A stretch of DNA of 64,000 nt, taken from the human T2T-CHM13v2.0 reference genome, Homo sapiens. The notes under the pieces were generated by a model that did no database searches, was not told the DNA's origin, and was given only the letters and a program-made list of their open reading frames with translations. This document shows positions 1 through 13,915 of the stretch, one piece after another (the stretch's first letter is position 1; every line of letters begins with the position of its first letter). The stretch lies in NCBI RefSeq assembly GCF_009914755.1, contig NC_060930.1. One strand, written 5' to 3'. Position numbers and translations under genes: made by a program.

Positions 1-564
1 TTCATGAGGCTTTCTAGCATTTGGCTAGAATCTTGCTGTTAAAGGAAAAATACATGTTATAGACTCCTTGAATTTATAATAATCAAAGGTTAATACATAA
101 ATAGCCACAAAATATACAAGGAAGTATTCAAAAATAACATGCATTTTTCAGGCATAAAACAGCAGTATTTATTCTTGTTTGTATTTTGGATGTTATAAAT
201 GATTCTGTTTTATCTTGTGGAATCCATGGTCTGTCTCCAAATTAATGTGTTTGAATATATCTTCTTGATTAGATCTTTTGCTGTGAGCAGGAGGAAAAGA
301 AAAAAAAATCTATCTACCTTAAATCAGAACTGCTTATATTGAACTTGATTGCATGATTGGATATTCAAGATTATTTAATTAAAACTCAATTGCAGTCTAA
401 TTTTCTTTTAACATTTGATTAAAGCTGTATAAATAGATATCAGAGACATCGTTCCATTGTTTGTAGATGATCTCCAGTATTAGAAAACAAATATATTTAA
501 GGACACACATGTGTTTACTAGTTTGGCATGTAGTTAACAAGCATAGACTAGTATCAGATTGTCA

Positions 565-735
565 AAGGTCTTGGTTTGAGTCCTGACTTCATCATTTATT
601 TGCTGTGTGACCTTGGGAAAGTAGTTCACCTCTCTGAACGCCAATAATTTTGTAAAAGGTGAATAATCATAAGGTGATTCTGAGGATAGAAAGTCCAATC
701 TAGAGAGAATGCTTAAAATACTATCTAGCATAATG
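565..735 (+). mobile_element. MIR SINE fragment
   Basis: MIR core-like 'gctgtgtgaccttgggaaagtagttcacctctctga...tgtaaaa...gaggat'; boundaries approximate. Confidence 0.65.
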
Positions 736-888
736 AACTGTGTAAAGTATGTTTTGATATGTGTTCATAGAACAAATTTTATGAGAGTTCATATATAGAG
801 GATGAGATAATTTCAAAATATTCCATAAAAGAGCACTTGAAATAAGCCATGTTAGAAGTAAATCTTAATGTATTTTAACATTTTGATG

Positions 889-1178
<290 letters not shown>

Positions 1179-2864
1179 TTATATTTGGCAGGACTTACTA
1201 TGTAATGTTTTTAAAATAGTGTTTCTATGCAGATAAAGATGCTATACTTAGCTGTTTTATTTTCTAATTTTGGATATTCACAATAACTATATTTGATATG
1301 TGTATGTGATTTCTAAAATCCTTTGTAGGCAATTAATAAACTTATAGTACATAAAGTGATGTATTTTAGGATCCTGAGAGATGTGTGTGGAAATAAACCT
1401 TATTTCTGTTCAAAAGGAGGTTATTTAGGTAATAACAGTGAACAACCATATTCTGTGAAGTTATAGCTAAAATACGTGGCTTGTAACTTTTTTTTGGTTT
1501 TATTTTTTCCTAAACAGTTGCTTTTATGTTTGGGATTAATATTTGGAATGATTCTTGAAAAGTTAGACACTAGAACATATACAAGCAGCTGTTGCAAACT
1601 CATATGAATAATTATTTTTTCCTATAATTGTTAATGATCAAAAATTTGAATACCCACAAAAATAAAAAATACAAATAAAGAAAAGCAAGCAAGAAAAAAA
1701 GTTTAAATATGCAAAATTCTAAATATTTAAATATATAACTCATATTGCTTAGAGATGATGATGATGATGTTGATGATTATTATTGGTTTGAGGAAAAGGT
1801 TAGGAGGGTAGAAGGTTTTGAAAGAGAAACTAGAAAGATAGACTAAACTATATGCTTAGAGTGTTCTGTAGGGATTGTTTCTAACTCTCTGTCCTTGATG
1901 TTACTTGTAGTTAGAAGAGGAAATTACCCCATATGAAGTAAGTGATCATGGGTGATACAAAGTTTGACTCCTTGATGGTGGAGGGCTGGAGAGCTTAGGT
2001 AAATATCAGGATGCTTAGACTGATCACGTCTCTGGTAATTTCCCCAGAACACCACAAAAGTGAGCCTTTGTGTTTCATAGTCTGTGGATATTTCTATGCA
2101 GTAATGCCTATTCATTATGTGAGCAGGTGAAACCATGTGGGCTGTTGATTCTGAGCACCCCAAAAGACCACCAGAAAATAAAATGTGTTGATTAAGCAAA
2201 CCTAAGTTTGTATAGCACCCCTTTGACAGAGGTGTAGAAGTATCTCCAAAGGGGAAAATTAGGGAAAGGTTATTTAAATAATTTTAGGGCCTGAAATGAG
2301 TAGTTTTCAGGTGAGTCTTGCCAAGCAGGGACATGGTTGGGATTGGAAAGAATTTGTGACATTATATTTTTGGATTGATGGGCATAGGTAAGTGAGTATC
2401 CTGAAGCAAGTCTTGATGAGTAGGTTATTTTGGTTGGATAAAAATCTTATCTTCCATGAGTAAATATATCCTGGAGCAACAGCTAAGTTTTTGGTGCCTG
2501 ATCCCAGTATTTTTTAACACAGAGCTGGAAAAGATATATTTGTGTCATTATTGCTTAACATAGGGTCAGTAAATTATGCATGGTCCCATTTTTGCTTTAT
2601 TGCTTAGTAGTTTGTTTCAGTTCTTAGTGACTGCAGCTATGAATGAGTTTCCTTTCATTTGCCTGAACAGTATCTGTGAGAGAGACAACAGCTCTACAGT
2701 ACCTCAGAAGTTTTCCAATATGCAAGCATAGATTAACACATATATACAAACCTACCCCTAAGAAAAGCAAACAAACAAAAAACAACTGTATTTTTTCCCG
2801 TCTTCCTTTCTTCTGTCTCTTGACTGTCCCCAGATTCTAGGCCAATCTCTTCTTCAGGACATTC

Positions 2865-2912
2865 TTTTTTTTTTTTCATTTTTATTATACTTTAAGTTCT
2901 AGGGTACATGTG
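2865..2912 (-). mobile_element. Very short L1PA 3'-terminal stub
   Basis: Poly(T) followed by 'ttattatactttaagttctagggtacatgtg', the reverse complement of the L1PA terminus. Confidence 0.75.
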
Positions 2913-3878
2913 AGAACACTACTCTGAAACCATATTGGGGACTTGATCCTGATTCTTTCCACCATCATGTCATCCTAATATGCAGAAGCTTTGGTGATGA
3001 AGGTAACCTTTGTTCCCTGAGCATTATTTCCTTTGGGCTAGACCTAATGGTGGTTGATTTTGAGTATTGCAAGTCATTTGATCATTTTTGTCTGATCAAA
3101 ACTACATTTAAAATATTATTTTTTATTTCTGCCATTTATTTTTTAACCTAGTTGGTATTAAACTTGTCCACTTATGGTTTTAGAAGAGGCCTGTTTCCAT
3201 TTACTTATGTCTGATGATTTTAAAATGTCATTGGACCTATCTGTATATTTCATTTTTAATGTACATCAATGATGATTTTCAATAATAACATTTTAAAATT
3301 CATCATAAGTAGGACAAGAGAATCTCTTTCCTTTGGGATTTTTAAACATGGGAAGATTTTTCACAAGACCTTCAGTTTAATTCGTTGAAACCTATTATCC
3401 AAAAACCATCAGTATACACCTCCAATCAAAGTTAGATGTACTTAGCTCATTGAATATCACCCCAGAGGAGTGATCGTCTGGGGTTCAACAAACTAAGTAC
3501 ATCTAACATAGGGGCATCTCAGTAAGGGAGAGTTAGGAGATTTTGATATAGGGTTTCGGCTTATGCTGCATGACTCTCAGCATAGTTTAGGAAGTGTGAA
3601 CTGGCTCTAGATTTGGTTACTGTTACAAAGCAGGCAACAGTTTAGCAAATGAATATCTCAGTAATCTTTCTTCAGGAGTCCAGAGAGATAAAACAGGGCT
3701 CAAGGTTCATTGATAAGAAAGCAGCAATCTTGCAAAAGGAAGAATTGTTAACCATTTTTTGCAGCTATGCTGTGGCTCAGCTAAATCCTGTTAGAAAATT
3801 GTTTGGGAACACCATGGGCCAAGTGGTAGCTGGGTTTATTTTCACTTTCTCAAAGTATAATCCTGTCTATGTAAACAC

Positions 3879-4315
3879 TTGGAAGGAATAAAAACTCAGG
3901 ATCCCAATTCACTAAGCCAAAAGGAAAGCATTAAGCTGAAAGCTGAATCATGCAAACAACTGCCTTTTCCTTTTGTTCCTAAAACGTTAAACATTTCCAC
4001 AGGTAGCTACTCTATGTTCACCTTACCTTATGTAAAGTGCCAATTTACTGAGAACAAGAATAATACATAATTGAATGTTCCCCCTACCTGCTCCTTTTCT
4101 CTTGCAACATGTGGATTACCATACCTTCCCTTTTCCCCCTCTATCCCACTTTTCCCCTTTAAATATTTAAACTCTTAAAGTCATCTTTGGAGAAAGGCAC
4201 AGACCACAGACTTTCTGTGATTCCGTGTTTCTTTTCTTCTGGCCATTGTCCTTAACCTTGGCAAAATAAATTTCTAAGTTGATCAAGACTTGTCTCAGAT
4301 ACTTTTTGGTTTACG
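3879..4315 (+). mobile_element. ERV1 solo LTR, MER4 family
   Basis: Start 'ggaaggaataaaaactcaggatcccaattcact...attaagctgaaagctgaatcatgc'; AATAAA near 4265; end 'tctcagatactttttggtttac'. All typical of MER4-group LTRs. Confidence 0.8.
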
Positions 4316-5828
4316 TACATATATCATATGGATTGTGTTCTGTGCCCACTGTACCAAATAGTGCGAGCTCATTTCTTCATTTTAAGCCTCCTTAAGAGGA
4401 TTACTGTGACTACTGTGTAGGATTGAATGGCCCCTTGGTGTTACTTTTTAAGCTCTTTGACAAACTTCCACCATATCCTCTAACCCCCACAAGAAAGGGT
4501 GCTGAGTAGAGTGCACTATCTCCAAAGTTGCCCTCTCCTCCAGCAACCAAGGCAATCAGTCACACAGACAGGCTTTCTTTCTTCTGAGGGTTATATTGCT
4601 TATCACTGTGAGGAGCCAGATGTTAACAAACTTAGGCAAATTATAACTAATATCCGAGATCCATGTTATTAAAGGATAATATCTGTAGCCATGGCATGTG
4701 AGCAATAATAATATTCTTCAATTGTTTATCTGTTCTATTGGTTCCTGGTCATTAAAGGGCATAACATTAAATCATAATTTAATAGAGGCATTTCTGAAGG
4801 CAAACTGGCCAATATAGGTCAGATACACTTTTTAGTAGTGATCTAAGGTGATATTTGGCTGAAATTAGAGATGTCAGAAGAATGATGAGTTGACTTTTTC
4901 TTTTTTGTTAAATATTGGTTGTCTCTGCCTGTTTTTGATAAGGTGTTGGATGATATTCATTCACTTGTTCATTTGCCACAGACATATCTGACCTTGCTAA
5001 GTATGAGAACTTAGATACTAGGTAAAGTCTGAGAACTGCAATAATGAAGGCATGTGCTGGAATGTTAGGGTCACTAGTAACTGGTACTGCTGGGTTGGAA
5101 CTTTAGGAAGTATTGAACTCTCTGGCAAATATCTAAAGTGTTTATATTATGTAGTAATAGCAGAGGATCACACATTTTGGCCATCTGATAACTAAGCAGA
5201 AAAACTGACAATTGTGAAAATTAAGAACATGACTTGAATCCTTAGACCAAGAAAAAAAAAAACCAAAACAACAACAAAAACTTCTTTGCAGGGTGCTTAT
5301 AGGCAGAGGGTTATATGAGTGCTTATAGGCAGAGCCAATTTTTTCTCAAAAAACGAATGTAAAATTCTTTCTGAGAAAAATTTCAGAACAAACACTCATG
5401 CATCCATGAAAAGGTATTACATAGTCCCTATTTAACATTTAATATTCAGGAAATCTCTATCCTTATGAGCTGTCCAGAAGGAAAGCACTATAAAATGTAC
5501 CTCTGGGTTACTTAATCAGCTGTCTTTTTGTGAGGTAATTGCCTATGATATGTTTGTATTCTAGATACTGTCTACTCAAATTATAATTTTAATTTTAGCA
5601 TAGTTGATTATGATTTGCTATTTAAAACATCATTAGTATATTTCATTGTTTTTTAAAACTACTTACCTGTCAAAGTGTGTCATCAGTAAGAAGGAGGTCC
5701 TTATATTAATTTAATCGATAGTACACGGGCATAGTTCTTTTTAAAAAGTTGATCAAGTTAATCAATATAAATTAGTAGGAGGACTGGGATTTAGTCATGT
5801 TGAAACTTTACTTTTATTTTTAAAATAC

Positions 5829-6087
5829 ATTTCATCCTTTTTTATGGCCGCATAGTATTCCACAGTGTATATGTGCCACATTTTCTTAATCCAGTCTATC
5901 ATTGATGGACATTTGGGGTGGTTCCAAGTCTTTGCTATTGTGAATAGTGCCGCAATAAACATAGGTGTGCATGTGTCTTTATAGCAGCATGATTTATAAT
6001 CCTTTGGGTATATACCCAGTAATGGGATGGCTGGGTCAAATGGTATTTCTCGTTCTAGATCCCTGAGGCATCGCCACACTGACTTCC
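5829..6087 (-). mobile_element. L1PA internal fragment (end of ORF2), no 3' UTR or poly(A)
   Basis: Near-consensus L1PA sequence encoding ...[16 protein letters not shown]...MWHIYTVEYYAAIKK; abrupt ends on both sides. Confidence 0.9.
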
Positions 6088-6371
6088 TTATTGGAAAACC
6101 CATTGTTGAACATACTGAATGCCTGACTTGTATGTTACTACTTTTGCTTTTTAAAGTAGTAATATTACCTATGTATGTGTTTCTAAAGAACATAATTCAG
6201 CTTTGTCTTTTTTTGAACTTTTTGTAAATTGAATTGCAATATAAATATTCTTTAGTAACTTGCAGGGCTTTGCGCAATGTTGTATCTGTTAAGACATGTA
6301 TCTGTTAAGATCCAGTCATATTATTGAATGAAGCTGTAATTCTGCCTGCATTCATTGTTGGATGACACTAT

Positions 6372-6404
6372 TGTGTGTGTGTGTATGTGTGTGTGTGTGT
6401 GTGT
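6372..6404. repeat. (TG)n microsatellite
   Basis: ~16 TG units with one interruption. Confidence 0.95.
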
Positions 6405-8090
6405 TGTTTTTGTTTTTACTTCCCTAAATATTCACACTTGTCAGCATTTTACCTGTAGCTCAATTATATTCTTATTATACACATATTATTCTTGGTATCT
6501 CTGAGGTGCTGCAAAAAGAGAATATATAATAGGTATTAAGGGCAGAATTTTTTTCTACTTTATAGGTTAGGTTCAAATAAGTCCCTGGAAAGCAGAAACT
6601 TGGTTGAACTTGTTCTTCACAGTACGTGCATACTTGCTGTTTCACAAGCATGCATGGTACTGTGAGGATAGGGATGGTGAAGTTTCTTGAGTTGCGAGGA
6701 GCATCCTTGAGTTCAGGATCATCTGGATTTCATCTGTAATATCCAGGGTGACCTTTGTTGCCTGATAGTGAGTCTTAGGGAGATCTTTATGTTTAAACTT
6801 TTGCTGACCTAAGTTCTGATTATCATTGATGATTAGTTGGGTCGTCTCTGAACTTTGTGCCTTTTTCATTCCCCATAAATCTGTGTCATCTCAAATGAAG
6901 TTTGCCATGTGCCACAAAGTGATAATTAATTTAGCCTTTATAGACTTTAAAACCTATTATTATTTCTCTAATCCTACTCTCAATTTGTATTTTTTATTTT
7001 TACTATATATTAAAAATTATAATTGCATATATTTATGGGATAAAATGTGATGTTATAATTTTTTTATAAAATATCATTTAAAAAATCTTGTTCTAGTGTT
7101 TATTTTACTTTTCTATACTCTTTCTTTTCTTCCATATATAGGACTGAGTAATGAAAGCAAAGTGGCTTTTAGGGCCCAGGTGTTAGGCAACATGAGGCGA
7201 GAGATTTCATATTTCCTGTGGCCTCTCATATTTTACATCCAACATCTCCCAGTCCTTGTGTCACTCACTTAGGCAGTGTCTTACTTCTTTCTGCTCACTG
7301 TCCATTATTTGTTTTTTTGGCAGCAACTTGAGCTGCATCGCTCATATACTGCAGAGATTTTAGCCAGTGTATGCAAACCTACCAATTAGAATCTATAAAA
7401 CAAACCATTGAACAGTTTTTCAATGTGGCATTAAATTAGAGCTAGTTTTGTGTTTTCTGCATTTTTTTGTTTTGTTTTTGTTGTTGTTATCATCTACACT
7501 ATTAGTCTGAAAAACTTACATTGCTGCCTAGCCTGTTTTGGTAATTACTGTAAGTTTTTATTTGACAATCAGTGTTTAAAATGAACATCTCTGGAAAATT
7601 ATTTTATATCTAATTTTGTTTTAGATTATATCTGAAAAGTAGTAGAGAATCTTTCAAAATAGAAGCCCTATTTTGCATATCTTTTTATAAGGTAAAAAAA
7701 GTGTGTCCCATTAGAAGTATAATGGTATATGATCTATATTTATATCAGTCCAATTGATTTCTGAAATTTGCCTTTTCTAGTTTTTTAAAACAGAAACATC
7801 AACACCAGTAGAAGTCTAAAATTAAATTGAATTGATTTTCACAATCTTGCTTCTCTGGAAACTTTAAAAGTTTCTTTTCCTGGTCTTTGTAAATATACAC
7901 AAATTTTTAAACCTATTTTAAAACCACCACTTGCTTTTCTTGTACCATCATAGTTCACATTTTTTTCTATATTATATTGTAAGTATTCTGTGTTATTATA
8001 TAATTTTAATGTTGTGATTTGTGATATTTATTTAGTAGATTTAACCTAATTTTACCTATTCGTACATTGTTACATTGTTGGATATTTAGG

Positions 8091-8392
8091 TATTTTGTTT
8101 TTAATAGTGACAGGGTCTTGCTCTGTCACCTAGGCTGATGTGCAGTGGCACAATCATAGCTCACTTACTGCAGCTTGGAACTCCTGGGCTCAAACAATCT
8201 TCAAGCCTCAGTCACCGAGTAACTGAGACCATAGGTGTGCACCATCACACCCAACTATTTTTTTTTTATTTGTATGTTTTGTAGGTATAGGGTCTCACTA
8301 TGTTGCCCTGGCTGGTCTTGAACCTAGCTTCAAGTAATCCTCTTGGCTTCCCAAAGTTCCGGGATTATAGGTGTAGGCCACCACACCCAGCC
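8091..8392 (-). mobile_element. AluJ
   Basis: Diverged J-type features (gacagggtcttgctct, ctcctgggctcaa); TSD GATATTTAG at 8081-8089 and 8394-8402. Confidence 0.9.
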
Positions 8393-9599
8393 TGATATTT
8401 AGCTTTTATAAGAAAATAAAATTTAAATGTAGACATACCGTACTTTTATTCTTTTACATTATTTCAATATTATGTTCTAATTGAATAGGTATAAAGTGAT
8501 ATGTTAATTTTAATTTGGTTATTTTGGGGTAGAGAACTTTTATATGTGTATTTACCATTTCTATGTCAATTACTTATTCATATGTTTTGCGATTAATCTA
8601 TATTGAACTCAATATTGTTTTAACTGATTTAAATATTTTCTGACTAGCACCATTAACTCTTTTTTGTCATAGTTTATGGATTTTTTTCTGAATGATTTTT
8701 TTCACTTTAGTTACTATTTGTGCTACTAGTTTAACATTTTTATAGAGATAATATTTTGTTTTATTCATTTTAGTGCTCAAAACTTAGAGAAATCATTATT
8801 GGACCAGAAACCTAATGATATTTGGTATTATTTTAGGGGAATATTCCTAGGATTTAAAAAATATCCCTAATTTACTTTAATCTGATTAGGATGTTATAAC
8901 TAACATCCCTAAGTGATACCCTAAGCTCTTTCTTTTCACCCAAAGTTTTCTTCACCCTGTCCTTTCTTTCACCCAATGAAAACATTAATCTATGATGTAG
9001 AAAATACTTTAGGACTGGAATTTGGCAGATACCTTTCCTTTATTAAAGAGGCCCAATAGCTAATTTCTTAGGAAGTAATAAAGGCCTTTCTTTTTATTTG
9101 TGATTTAATATCACCTAGATATATATCTTAGTGTTGGATTTAGTATGTCAGTTTTATTTGGAACCTAAAGAATTCCTTCTATGTCCTCTATCTGATCTTT
9201 TGTTGGTTCCAAGGAAGAGTCCTTTACTTGGAGCAGCTTTGAGGAATTGGTTCTGATCCATTTCTGTTTTCTTCTTCAAGAACTTTTAGCTTTTACAATA
9301 TCTTACTTTTACGTGTACCTGCTTTTTTTTCTTTTCTTCATTTATTTTTTCATTTGCTGATTAACTATGAGTTTGCTTTTTATTATAAGCTTTCTGAGGA
9401 CCTAAATCTTATTTTTTTCTGAATGGTTTTCCTTCTATCACTGTGTACTTGGCAGTGTCAGTATCAGGATATGAGTTGTTTTGATAGAAACGAAACTGAA
9501 ATATAAAAGTAAGTATTTTAAAACTTTAAAATAAATAGACATAAGAAAAGGGAAACAGACCTCTTCAGAATATCAAACACAAAGAGACTCCTGGGACTG

Positions 9600-9927
9600 G
9601 TTTTTTTTTGTTTTTGTTTTTGTTTTTGGAGATGGAGTCTCACTCTGTTGCCCAGGCTGGAGGGCAATAGCGCGATCTTGGCTCACTTTGGCTCACTGCT
9701 GCAGCTTCCACCGCTCGGGTTCAAGCAGTTCTCCTGCCTCAGCCTCCTGAGTAGCTGGGACTACAGGCACACGCCACCATGCCCCCCTGGCTAATTTTGT
9801 GTATTTTAGTAGAGACAGGGTTTCACCGTGTTGCCCAGGCTGGTCTGGAACCCCTGACCTCAGGCAATTCGCCTGCCTAGGCCTCCCAAATTGCTGGGAT
9901 TACAGGCATGAGCCACTGTGCCCGGCC
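9600..9927 (-). mobile_element. AluS (Sx/Sz-like) with internal 10-bp duplication
   Basis: Full dimer ending 'cccggcc'; TTGGCTCACT tandemly duplicated; (TTTTTG)n tail. Confidence 0.93.
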
Positions 9928-10793
9928 GGTTTTCTTTTTTAAATCCCTTTAGTATGGTTCTATCAGTGTTAAAATGACTCATATTCATACATTGAAAACG
10001 TCTTATTTTCTCTTTGTTCTTGAAGGATAGTTCTAGTGGGTACACAATTATAAGCTAATACATATTTTGTGACAGTAGTTTGAAGATACTAGATCAAAGA
10101 TGTATGGCTTTTATTGTTGCTATTAATTATGTTGTCAGTCTAATTGTTCTCTTCTGTTAGTATACATTATACTTCTTTCCTCTGTGAATTCTTGTTGTTT
10201 CTTAGGCCTAAAAAACTTTCTTCCATTATTTTTTCCCATGTCGTTTCTTCTCCAGTAGTCTCTCTTAGTTTTTTTCTTTTTCTTTTTTTGAATTCTATTT
10301 AAAGATACTATAGCTTCTTATTCTATTCTCTATGTCTCTTAACCTCTACTCGTATATTGCATGCACATCATTTCTCTTTCCTATATTATGGATGATTTCT
10401 CTATGTACATTTTCCAGTTTATTGCCTTTCTCTTTACTTGTAACTAATTTGTTTATTATTTCATTCACTGAGTTTTAAATTTTAATGTTTTTCTTTCTTT
10501 TTTGGTATTTTTATTTTTCTCAAAGACTTCCTGTCATTCCATTTATAGTTATTCTGTATTCCGTATCAGATAAGTGTAATTAATGTCTGAAGTCTTTGAA
10601 GGTCCAATTTTTAAAAATTTTTTATTATTTAACAGATTTCAAGTTTACTTGGTCAACTTTTATTATTAACCCATATTTGTCTGAACTTAGTCTATAAGAA
10701 TTCTGAAAAACTGAACTAAGAGTGTTTTCCTCAAGAGTGGTTTTGTATTTGCATCTTGCAGTTGCCAGAAAAAAAAAGTAGCTTCATCTCTCA

Positions 10794-11195
<402 letters not shown>

Positions 11196-11906
11196 TTACT
11201 GGTATTATTATTATTAATTATTGGGGGTGATTTGTGCTGGCACATTAGATCTTTACCAGTCTCTACATTTCACTAATTTAGGCTTCATCTTAGAAATGTT
11301 AGTCTCTCTCCTACTTAATAAAGGCCAAAGTCTTATTTGAAAATTTTGTGCTGGTGATGCTTTTTGCCAGCAGAGCAACCCCAGCTTATTCTTTTTCTGA
11401 AAGTTTATTGTCTGATTTAATGTTATATCTGTTTATATTTTTCTTTTTCTTTTGACCATTGAGGACCTCTCTTTCTTTCTTACGAATTCTGCATTACATT
11501 AAAATTTGCTGATTTATTTCGTGTTAAGATATACTATCAAATTCTGGAAATAAGGCAAAGGTTGGTTGATTGTCCAGTCAGTGACATACTGGGGCTTCAT
11601 CTAACAGGACAACCTAATTATTACTTAAATTTCTAGGGGAATGTGATTTGGCAGGGCCCTGACCCTGTGAAGTTTCATATTAACCTATAGATCCCTCTAT
11701 AATATAGATATAAATGATTCCTGTACAGTAGAAAATAAGTCCTGAGGTTATGGTAAGGGTTTATCATGTAAAATATTAACCAGTTTTGTGTCTAACGTAA
11801 TGGTCTAATTCTACTTTTTTTCAAATTCAAGATTCAGTTCCTCAAATGCTTTTTACCCTCATTGATGCTATAAATACATTGACGTGTTAATTCTAAATTT
11901 GTATGA

Positions 11907-12269
<363 letters not shown>

Positions 12270-13440
12270 CTAACATAAGCAGAAGTAACTACTGAAGCAA
12301 AAATAATGTTATTTTATTTTTTATTGAATTCTAAGTGATAATAGGGACTAGCTGAGTCACTGGCACATAGATGACATTCAATATTTGCTGTAATGAATGA
12401 ATGAATACATAACTAATTTCAACTATTATAGCTTCAATTTTGTTTTGTCCTATTCTTTAGAATTATGGCATCTTCAGGAATAATCTCCTCCCTTACAGGG
12501 AATCTTAACACATTTAATTATTTTTAAAACAACATTTTATGTAATTAATTACAGCAGAAACTTACTCTAAACTATGTATTTTTATAGTATATATATATTT
12601 TCTATGTGAGTGAGAGCCTTTGAATGTTGTTTCTTTTGACTTTCAATTGAGATTGAAGCATTTACCTTCACTCTAAGTACACTGAAATTTTAAGAATTTT
12701 TTAAAATAGCTTTTGTTCTACATCACAGATTGGAGCTGCTCTGTTCTTAGAGGGACAGTGGGATAGCAGTGTCTCTCATTCTTGTTTAGTTAAGATGTGA
12801 GTTAGTTCCAGTGGTCATTTCTCTGGATATTTCAGCCATTAATTGCTTGCCTATTGTGTCATCTCTACTGTGAGAAGCCAGATATACGTTAATAGCTATG
12901 GTTGATACTGCTAGATGTTTTGGTTATTTCTAAAGTTTTATAGGCATGCTTATAGCATTTCTGAGAAGAGAGTTTTTGTACTTTCTTATTTTCCAAACTT
13001 CCCACAAATAACATCTAAGGTTGGTTGGTTTTATTCTTGCTTTAAGCAGAGAGTTATTTCTTGGTTTAGACAATACATTTTTATTATAGAATAATAGGAA
13101 AATAAAGAGGTTGAGACATAATTCTGGATGCTTCAGAAAGTAGGAAACACATTAGTGGCATTACTGCATCAGCCATCAACATTTATGCGTGATACCATCT
13201 GTCCCTGGGTCTCTGTGTCTCTTTATCCTACTGTCCAGCTTGCTTACAGTGCTGGCCTGTTACAGAGGTTGATGGTGCAGTGTAATAGTTATGTTTCCTT
13301 AATTCAGAGTAGTAATTAGTAATTTTTTAAATCTGGCAAGTGGTTGAACACTTTTTATGGATCCCCTATGGACTATCAAAATTTCTATGCCTTAAGAGAA
13401 ATTCAGATATGATACATTTGGGTATGCAATGGGTTGATAA

Positions 13441-13915
<475 letters not shown>

